64,000 bases of DNA from Rhynchobatus australiae (lineage: Eukaryota), in assembly GCA_034780895.1 (NCBI GenBank), contig JAUZTB010000065.1, forward strand, positions 28,516,131 to 28,580,130, given 5' to 3'. Positions 54,873-64,000 of this stretch are shown here, piece after piece. Each line of letters starts with the position of its first letter. The stretch's first letter is position 1. A model generated the notes under the pieces. That model worked only from the letters and a program-made list of their open reading frames with translations. It was not told the DNA's origin and made no database searches. The position numbers were made by a program, and so were the translations under genes.

Positions 54873-55060
54873 AACTCAGCAGGTCAGGCAGCATCTATGG
54901 AGGGAAATGGCCAAATCAACATTGAATTGAGAAAGATGAAGGGTCTCTGTCCGAAATGTTGACTGTGAATTCCCCTCCATAGATACTGCCTGACCCACTG
55001 ATGTCTTCCAGCTTCTTTTGTGTTGCTCTGAATTCCAGCATCTGCAGTTCCTTGTGTACA
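54873..55060. mobile_element. Penelope-like palindromic element with a decayed hammerhead-like core
   Basis: ggtcaggcagcatctatggaggg...ccctccatagatactgcctgacc inverted pair enclosing gatgaagggtctctgtccgaaatgttgac (54935-54963). Confidence 0.65.
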
Positions 55061-56229
55061 ATTTTTTAAGTTAGGATAAACAAGTGGTGCTGAGATAGAC
55101 TCAAATGTCAATGACACAAATAGGAAACTAAATTTGGATGACATTAATGATAAAATTGATAAAAAAGTAGAAGCTTCTATGGTTAGATCCTTAACAGTAG
55201 TCGTTGCGATACAAAACTGCATTAAATGCAACATAAAGGTAACTTTTTGTACTGATATGAAAATTAGTCTGATAACACAGATAACCAGCAGCATGCTGCC
55301 ACTATGGCCAGACTAATGAAACATTTAATTTACACCTCTCTATAGGTAAAAGTTAAAGGCCCGACAGTGTTAATTATTAACACCAGTGCCAACATAAATC
55401 TTGTATAAATCTCAGCCTAATAACCACAAAGTCTTTGGTATTCATAGCTTTCATCTTATAGTACAAGAGAATGCTTAAATTTATGGAAGAATTGGACTTG
55501 TTAGCTTGAGGCAGACTGTTCCCAGTATTTGACAGGTGAAGAACAAAGGTCTAGGGTACAAGATTAATTTAAAGGAGCATAGAAAAAGAAAATTAGNNNN
55601 NNNNNNGTGGAAGATACTTCTTCAGTAAATGATTGAAGTATTTTAAGTAAATTAGATGAATGGTAGAAAATGACCTGAAGATTTTTGTGAAGCACTTGGA
55701 TAAAGGTGACAAACTATTATTTTAAACTTTTCCATAACAAAAATAAAGGTCAAGAATTTTTAAAAAGAGCTATTGCTGAACCAGATCCATGCAGATCAGT
55801 AAACACAGGAGCAGACAAAACATGGTGTTAGCTACATCAAGTCTGGTTCCATTTCAATAGCTGACATGCGGAGGAAGAGGCGCAGTGGCAAGTGAATAAA
55901 GTCAACAGCTTCAGCCATCCACACATTTAGATGAGGATATTTGGTCATCCACTGGATAAGTAGTATGATAATTTAAACATGGTGAGTGAGGGCTGGGTGT
56001 TCTCAGCATACTCGACGAAAATGACAATGCATTTTCAGATGACATTGCTGAGGGCCACAAAATGAATGCAAAGTAACAGAGAGCACAGAATTGATTCTGG
56101 AGGGTCACAGACAGGCAAGAAAAGAGCCAAAAAGAAACACTTGCAAGGCCAATACTTGATATGCAAGAATGGAATAAGGAAAGTGCAGTCTAACCTAGCT
56201 GAATGCAGGAGAAGGATAGTGTGGTCAAA

Positions 56230-56825
56230 CATGTTAAAATTACAGGCTGATCAGTGTGAGGAGGACTAGGTTGACCTGAGATAATCCACAGAACATTATA
56301 TCTTTGTTAATGTCATTTCAGTTCTGTGATAAGAGTCAGAAACATTATTGGAGAGATTCAGAAAATAAATTCCACAAAGGTTGGCACAAATTTGGGAAAC
56401 TAGGATATGTTCAAGGACTTGAGAAAACAAAAAGGTTTGATGTTAGGGGAAGGAAGGAGTTTGGGACTAGTTTGAATGCAAGGAAATGGTACTCAAAAAC
56501 CTGCCAGTCAAACAAAATCACTAACTGATCGACTTTTGGCAGGGGTGTAAAAACCAGGAGGGCATCAATCTGAGAGAGGAAGGAGTTTCAAAGGGGATTT
56601 TTTGTTAAAAACACACACACACAGTTGTTGATACCAGGAATGCACTGCCACAGATGCTGGTGGAATCAGATACAATCCTATGTTTAGGACACAATTAGAC
56701 AGGCACTTAAACAGGCAAGGAATAGAAGGATACAGACCTAACTTGGGCAAATGGGATCTGTGGCGATGGGCAAAAAGATCAGCATGGACTTGCTGGGTTA
56801 AATACCCATTTCTGTGCTGTACAGA
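56230..56825 (+). mobile_element. Decayed CR1/HER1 LINE 3' region
   Basis: aaccaggagggcat...ggaatgcactgcca...ttagacaggcacttaaacaggcaaggaatagaaggatac and the tail ttctgtgctgtac. Confidence 0.7.
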
Positions 56826-56977
56826 GAATACCCAAGTATTCCAGTATATTCAACAACTGATGACTGCAATAATTGGAAGGTGTTTCTGCTAAAAATCAAA
56901 ATTAATACCTGAAATTAAATCCAATTTAGCTTAACTGATAGAAATGAGGTCATTCGTGGTCCCTTCATGTGTATAAT

Positions 56978-57230
56978 GGAGACACAAGAGACTGCAGATA
57001 CTGGAATCTGGGGTATCAGCAGTCTCCAGGGAAAGGNNNNNNNNNNNNNNNNNNNNNNNNNNNNNNNNNNNNNNNNNNNNNNNNNNNNNNNNNNNNNNNN
57101 NNNNNNNNNNNNNNNNNNNNNNNNNNNNNNNNNNNNTCGGGTGGAAACCATGCAACTGAAATGTCAACTATTCGTTTCCTCCTACAGATGCTGCTCGACC
57201 CACAGAGTTCCTCCAGCAGACTGTTTGTTA
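56978..57230. mobile_element. Penelope-like inverted element (gap inside)
   Basis: gagacacaagagactgcagatactggaatctgg ... cagatgctgctcgacccacagagttcctccagcagactgtttgtt. Confidence 0.6.
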
Positions 57231-58848
57231 TTTTGTGTGTGTACCTCTTTACCCTACATAGTGACAATATGCCTAAACTGACAAATTTGAAATGTACAGT
57301 TGCTTATGAGATAGATAGAATATCCAAGCTTTACAATGAGAATTGTGACAAGAAGGTCATTAGAGATCTCCAAAACATAATAACAATCTATAGCTAATTA
57401 TCACATCATACCACTGCCAGTGGATAACAAGACAAAGCTTTTAAAATAGTGACATTAATTACAATAGAAACAAAACAGCCAAATGACTCTGGCTGTAGCC
57501 ATTTCAAATCGAATTAAGTTCCAGACTTCTGCACATGTGCTGCAAGTTCAAACAGAGATTCGGGGAGTGAGAGAAGAGGCAGCATGGAATCTGCCATTAT
57601 TACTTGAAATTGAATAGTTTTATATGTCTGTGAACATCAGAAATATTTAAGAAATTTAATTCAGAGATCTTTGTCAGAAGGCAAAGCACCACCTATAGCT
57701 TTGTTTTCTTTTGTCAAATCCAACCAAGTTCATGTCTTCTCAACATCTGAGGTCTGAAGCCTGGTCTTTGTGTGAACTCTGCCACCTGGCTCAGTGGGCC
57801 AGCAGGGCAAAGACAGGTAGATCTAGCCGAATTAAACGTGTGCTTCGAAGGACTGTGAGTGCCAACTCCAAGTAATGAGATAATGCGCCTGGTCCAGTAC
57901 GACCATGTCCATTGTCTATTATAAATACTTCTTTGTATAAAAAAAGTGCACAATAAAGTATGTACGAGTTTTAGTGAACTGGGTGGGGTGGGTACATTCT
58001 TTTTGATTACCTATTAGTTGATGTACCACGTTAAACTTTGTTAGTCATAAGCCACCCAGAATTAATATTAGCACTTATGCAGACTCTTTGCCAAATGATT
58101 ACAAAATGCATTAACTTTAATGATTCCTTGCCTAACGGCTATGCCTTAGCTAGAAGTGAAGAATAATTTGTTGACACACTGCCTTGTTACAACTAACACA
58201 TTTAAGCAAACATATCATTGAATCAACATTTGAATCACTTTAAGGCATTCGTAATTAAATATGCCTGCAACAAACTGACTTCACCATATCTCATCCATCC
58301 ATTGCAACTTACAAATAAAATGATTCACATTTATCAATCTAAAAATCTATGCAATTTTTACTATTGATTAGTTAGTATGTTCAAAGATGGGCAATTTCTC
58401 TGCAGTTGTGCCATTAGCAAGTTTTATGGAGCATTTTCACTAAAACAAAACCACAAACCTTGGTCTGCAAAACAGCCATTCAATATTTATTTGGGATTCT
58501 GCCAATTATATACTGAAATCTTAAATGCATTGAGGGGGCTTGGAAAAAAAATAAATATAATGAACAAAGGAACAAAGGTAGGCCAATGAGCAGCTCAAGC
58601 CAATTCCTTCCTTTAAGTAAACCATGGTGATCTACATTTCAACTTCATTTAGCCAGCTGTGATCCACAGCCCTTGAAGTCCTTACCAAATAATGATCTGT
58701 CACACTCCGCCTTGAATATTTTTATTGACCCTACATCTATAAGCCCTTTTGGGCTCTCAATTCCCACCACCTTTTACGTCTAGAAGTGCTAAATGGGCTA
58801 ATTCCAAAATTAAAATTGGCATCTTGGACATGGAGTTTGGGAATTTGC

Positions 58849-59149
58849 CACACACACACACGACAAGTTTAGTTAGTTTTGGGAGTTAATGTTTAGGGTT
58901 TAACATTTTTACTTCTAACATTCTAACAGTTTTACTTTTATTTTACTTATTATCATAAGTAGTTATTAACACATACATGTCTCGGTATGTTTCTATTTGT
59001 TACGAACCAGCGACAACAGAAACACACCGAGACATGTATAAGTGTTAAAAACTACTTTATTAATAACTACTTATGTTAGAATGTTAGAAGTAAAAATGTT
59101 AAACCCCAAACATTAACTCCCAAAACTAACTAAACTTGTCGTGTGTGTG
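58849..59149. repeat. ~300-bp palindrome formed by an inverted partial copy of the LTR 3' part
   Basis: cacacacgacaagtttagttagttttgggagttaatgttt...catgtctcggt is mirrored by accgagacatg...aaacattaactcccaaaactaactaaacttgtcgtgtgtg. Confidence 0.92.
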
Positions 59150-59495
59150 NNNNNNNNNNNNNNNNNNNNNNNNNNNNNNNNNNNNNNNNNNNNNNNNNNN
59201 NNNNNNNNNNNNNNNNNNNNNNNNNNNNNNNNNNNNNNNNNNNNNNNNNAGTGACAGTCACAGTTATTGTTTCTCATCCATCAACAGAGAAAACAAGCAG
59301 GCTGGTGTCTCTCTCTCTCTCTCTCTCTCACTTGTTCTTCTGTCTTTTTCTCCTCTCTCTCCTTCAGACTGACTCCAACTGGTTGTTTCAACAACAACGT
59401 CATGACGTTCTTTACCTTCTGTTGACGTAAGCACCCCCCCCCACACACACACTATATATAAAAGGGACACTTATTAATAGTCCTAGTCCATAACA
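58998..59495 (-). mobile_element. Solo LTR (probably gypsy-type), with a 100-N gap inside
   Basis: The minus strand begins TGTTATGG (59495) and ends CGTAACA (58998), giving TG...CA ends with a TGTTA/TAACA inverted repeat. AATAAA lies ~60 nt before the 3' end (59061-59056). Also a TATATATA run, TGACGT motifs and CA/CT microsatellites. No TSD seen. Confidence 0.6.
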
Positions 59496-60473
59496 GTCTG
59501 AAATTCTCCAACTTCTGAATCCATTTATCACCTTAAACATTTATGCTAGATCATCCCTCACCCTAAAAAGACAAACTAATGCAGCACTGCAGTTTTTTTT
59601 AAGATGGGTCTGGCCAAGGTTCCATACAGCTGATCGCACTGCTTTCACTACTTTTCAGTTCCCGTGAGATAGTCAAATACAATGCAGTACTTTCTGAATT
59701 TGGTTTGTTCCTTCTGCTTCATATTCTTAATTTTATGCAAACCCCGATTTTCAGAAATCTGTCTGCAATCCCCAATGTAAACCATCAACATGGCTCGACT
59801 GGAAAACTTCACTGTTATATCACTTCTGTAACCATACATTTACATGCAGTGTTTGTTCCAGGAAGATATCTATGACAAATTCTGAATAATAATCATTACT
59901 TAGATACTGTCAGTGAATAAGAGCATATACTCCATTTAAAAATGAAACAGTGCAAATATGGGAACTGTAGCCACCCATGAGTCTTGAATTACAGGTTGCA
60001 TGTCCTGTATTACAGACATTCAACAAATTATGAATGTTTTATTTACAGATTTGCATTATAATGCCATTAGCTCTGGGGTATGTATTTTTTTAAAGAATAA
60101 CATGCACAGGAATACACTGTACCAAAAACTCTTGTAATGTATTTACCCAGCCTTTTTGATTCATGAAATTTCACAAGTTTTTTCCAGGAACTCATCCCTT
60201 TATAAATCAAATGATAACACTGGAAATTTTTCACCATAGTTAAGGGAAGTTAATTACTAATCATCAGCGGAAGAAAAATGATGCTTATCCCTGTTTTCCA
60301 CTGCAAGAGTAGGTTGTCAAATTTTGTTAAAATTATTTTACTTCACAACAAAAAAGCATGATCTTCAAGAACACAGCAAGCTACAGTAATCAAGTCATTT
60401 TCATCACCCAAGTTCATTTCAGAAATACACTTATAAATTAACAAAAAAATTCTATTCTCCATCAATACAGTAC

Positions 60474-60600
60474 CTGTATTCTCTCCTTTATATTGGGAGT
60501 CATCCAAATGGGTTACTTTCTTTGTTTCTGCAGTCAGTAGAAGTTCATAGGGATTTTCATCCTCTTCAAGCTCTTCTGGAGTTTCTTTCACATCCGAATC
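60474..60600 (-). CDS. ANKS1A: ANKS1A internal coding exon, 127 nt (DSDVKETPEELEEDENPYELLLTAETKKVTHLDDSQYKGENT-G)
   Basis: EEDENPYELLLTAETKK matches the recalled human ANKS1A EEDEHPYELLLTAETKK. Acceptor is atttgtttttgctcag|GAT (phase 0) and donor is ACAG|gtactg (phase 1). Its last G plus the first GT of the 26908 exon make GGT (Gly), keeping the frame. Confidence 0.88.
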
Positions 60601-62162
60601 CTGAGCAAAAACAAATATTTCACATCAAGCTCATGTAAAGGGGATCCTGAAAAATGCCCTCAAGTTACTGCTATGAGATACTTCATTCTAAAATGCTCAT
60701 TAATAAAAAAATTAAAGCAACATTCTTGCACTTCTTAAATCAAGATTTCATGCAACTCTTTTATTCCTTAATTACCTCTCCAAAAAAAATAATCAGGATA
60801 TGGTTTGTCTGAGCATCCTACACTCATATGCATGATCTGATCAATATACATTTTAAAAGTGAAACTGAAAGTAACAGCTGCTCAAGTCTTGCACAGGAAA
60901 TGTTACAATTGGATAGACCAATGGAGTAAACAGATGATTGAGGTACTATCTTTTAATAAAAGATTGTTCCTCAATTTATCTGCTTACTGATCGCTGCTGG
61001 AGAAAAGGATCTACAAGGGGCAAGGTTTGGATTGAGAGAGGTCTAATTTCAAAACAGTGAAGGTAGAAAAGACGGAAAAGGGGGAATTTGACTGTTATGG
61101 TTTAATGTTGAGAGAAGTATATTCTTACATACCAAACATATTACTATTGCTAAATGTACCAGAATGAAAAGTGAATTAACACTATTCATTCAGCCTGCAA
61201 TGGAACAGCTATGAAAGGAACAAGGCTAAGGCAACTTCTCAGAATCTTCAGTTGCTGAGTTTGACTTTTGAATTGATCGATATCCTCTTGCACTGAAGCT
61301 CTTAAGAGAAGCAATAACTATTCAGCTGAAGAAATCTGTGCCTTCTGGGCTTTGTCAATTACACAATGTTTTCTAATTTCAAGGGTCAACAAAGCATCCC
61401 ATTTGGTATTCAGTGGATTCCCAATTAACCAGCAAGAAATTTACAGACTTAAAAGCTGAATGTGCAGATATTTCAAAGGCCACTCTTCCATGCTTACATG
61501 TCCTGCTCTTCCAAGCAAGGCAGCGAGTAAAAAATTTGCAACTACCACATGACAGCAGTTTACCAGGTGTGACACCCCACTGCCCGACAACGCACAATAC
61601 GTTTGAAGCCTTTTAATGTGTTTTGTGTTATCCATGACTATCCTCCCTCCATTTTCCTGGGTAATTGAGATTCCCTGTGCATAGTTTATAATACACTGGG
61701 CTGCATTGTTATGGATCAAGCCACTGCTTGGAGTCATTGCCCATTGTCCCTGCATACAAGGTCCAGATGCAAAAGGCCAAACTTGCTGGTCCTCCACAGC
61801 CTTGAGTCAGGTGCCTAGATCTCAGGCAGCAGTATCTGGAGGCTTTGCCCCAGACAACCGGCAGATTTCAACAGAGGGTAAGAATGAAGGAAGGGCTTTG
61901 CCTTCAAATTGAAAGCATTTAAATGTCTGACAGATGCACTTAATATCAATTAAAACCAAAGNNNNNNNNNNNNNNNNNNNNNNNNNNNNNNNNNNNNNNN
62001 NNNNNNNNNNNNNNNNNNNNNNNNNNNNNNNNNNNNNNNNNNNNNNNNNNNNNNNNNNNNNACAATTTCTGAGGAAAAAAGGTAAACTAAATTAAAAGAA
62101 AAATACTTTAAACAATTAAAACCATTTAACCACAGTAACACAACGATACTTCTTTCTTTTAC

Positions 62163-62225
62163 CTCCTCAGCTGCAGGCAGAAAAACCCCATTTAACCCAA
62201 TAGGGTCTCTGATACTACACCAGAT
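62163..62225 (-). CDS. Candidate 63-nt phase 0/0 ANKS1A exon (IWCSIRDPIGLNGVFLPAAEE)
   Basis: Acceptor ttccttctcgttcag|ATC and donor GAG|gtaaaa. Open frame, phase-compatible with the exon at 60600. The end FLPAAEE weakly resembles the recalled human YFPLTASE that precedes the homologous segment. Homology is weak. Confidence 0.35.
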
Positions 62226-62339
62226 CTGAACGAGAAGGAATGGTGATTCCCTGCATAATACTGGAGTGTCCATTTAAGATTGGGTCTCACTGCTCAAGTC
62301 CAGCGCTGGAGCAAACAGATATAACACTCTCAAACCACA

Positions 62340-62590
62340 ATCTAGAACTTCCTTGCCACGTACGGCTGTGGAGGATAGATTATTGGAGGTGTTTAAGGAG
62401 GAGATAGATAGTTATCTAATTAGTCAAGGTATCAAGGGATATAGGGATAAGACTGGAAATTGGGGTTAGAATAGTTTTTTTCCTCATTCCTCCCCCCCCA
62501 CCCCGCCATTTCTCATTTCTTTTTTTCCCCTTTTCTTTGGAGCAGTCTCAATGGGCTGAATGGCCTACTTCTGCTCCCTTATGTTATGAT
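62340..62590 (+). mobile_element. CR1/HER1 LINE 3' end
   Basis: ccttgccacgtacggctgtggagg...tttaaggaggagatagatag...atgggctgaatggcctacttctgctcc. Confidence 0.75.
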
Positions 62591-64000
62591 CTTCATTAAG
62601 GGTGACTCCTACCTAGGAAGGCTCACCCTAATACTTCCTCAGTTCAACAGATCCCTTCTAAACTCACAGCATTCAAACAGAATAACTCTGAATTTCCCAA
62701 ATATTCTGCCACTGCTAATTCAACTTCAACTAACATATTCAAGTATATCTGGCTCTAAAGTAATGTGCTCTGAACTCAATCAAAAAACTCTAGTGATTTG
62801 TTCTGTTACTGTTTGTAGTTTGCATCCAAATAGCACTTATTTTTGGTTACAAAATTTCTCTGAAAAATCAGAATTGGGGATGACAAAATTCATCTCTCCT
62901 GGCATCATCAGAATTAAGATTCTCAGCAACGGCATGAACACAAGTTTCAGTCTGCCATTTTGTCTTCGAGGATGGTAATGAAATGACTGGGATTCAAAAC
63001 ACTGCTTGAACTCACTGCCCATAATGTCCACCATCCATAGTAAACTGATCCAGATATTGAGGGACAAACAAGTCCTCCCATCAAGTGGAGCAGCTAGTGA
63101 GACTAAGCCTCAAGCAGTGGAATCTTCAGCTCTGCCTTACAACACCCCATTTTGCAGCTGTCAAAGGCCTCAATTATTTTCAAAGACTTTTGACAATCAT
63201 TCTACTCAAAGTTGATGTAAAGCTGAGGGGCTTGATGTGGGATGCATCTGGCCCTTCAACACAGCACATCAGTTCTCTGCCAACCATTAAACTCAGTAAC
63301 TGATTCAGAAGCAGCAGACAATGTGAGATGGATTAGCACGCAACCTTCAGCCCATTCCAATTCCTGCTTTGAAACACATAGGCACAGAAATCAGATACAA
63401 GCTGACTAACAAAGGGGAAATAGCTGGCAGTTTCGTGGTTAGCAGTTGCTCAGAGATGAGAATTATCCAACCCATTTTCTAAGAGAACCTTCACATCTCT
63501 CCACAGTATTATAAGTTTACAATGTCATCTCCAGGACAGAGTCAATGCAGCATAGAATATTCAAAACTTAAATACATAATGGAGTATCCAAAAATGCCCA
63601 TGATTTTAATATACTCCCCAATGAGATATCTTGTTTGCAATAGTATTCAGTGAACTCATGAAGCTATTAATTTTACCAACCATCTTTGCTCAATTAATTT
63701 TGTACAAACTCCTGAAATTATGTAAATGCCAAATTAAAGCAAAACTTTGCACAATGGAAAATGATTTAAATTCCTTCATATGGCAAAGAGATGAAGGAGT
63801 TCCCATTAACTTTGTTCCAACTTCACAAGGCATTCTACATTTTAAATGAAAATGGCTTCCAGATTATTCCCCTGATGATATGTAACTAATTTTCCCTACT
63901 CCCAAGAACAGAAGATGTTGAGAATTCATAATTTCACATTAAATTAAAAGATGATTACAGTAACTGTGCAAGGATTTTCATCATGGTCTTCACAGCTAAA

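Larger units (their letters stand above)
26909..60473 (-). other. ANKS1A: Large phase-1 GT-AG intron of ANKS1A (~33.6 kb including N gaps)
   Basis: Bounded by GT at 60473-60472 and AG at 26910-26909 on the minus strand, with compatible phases. Extra exons hidden in N gaps cannot be excluded. Confidence 0.75.

Noticed and set aside
61441-61912. 118-aa ORF and an RCLD..SGG-like hint of a Harbinger transposase
   Set aside because: Match too short and interrupted to support a call.

Overview
Eukaryotic, AT-rich, CpG-poor, gap-riddled genomic DNA. The repeat content (HE1/V-SINE-type SINEs, HER1/CR1-type LINE tails, Rex1/Babar tails, Penelope-derived palindromes) points to a cartilaginous fish, probably a ray; this is inference. 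The window lies inside one large minus-strand gene, ANKS1A (Odin). Two coding exons are well supported (60600-60474 and 26908-26322), and they join in frame across a phase-1 intron of about 33.6 kb. A possible third small exon lies at 62225-62163. The rest is intronic and filled with decayed retroelements (CR1, Rex1/Babar, RTE, L2, gypsy RT and a solo LTR, SINEs, Penelope-like inverted elements). Almost all ORFs in the supplied track are spurious or TE-derived. The most notable non-coding structures are: a ~300-bp LTR-derived palindrome 1.3 kb into the intron after the 127-nt exon, a 121-bp-arm inverted repeat at 17.8-18.3 kb, short palindromic Penelope-like inserts with 12-bp target-site duplications and decayed hammerhead-ribozyme-like cores, and a 61-nt hairpin at 7.5 kb. 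I found no convincing new multi-gene system. Repeat boundaries are approximate and family names come from recalled motifs, not database searches.
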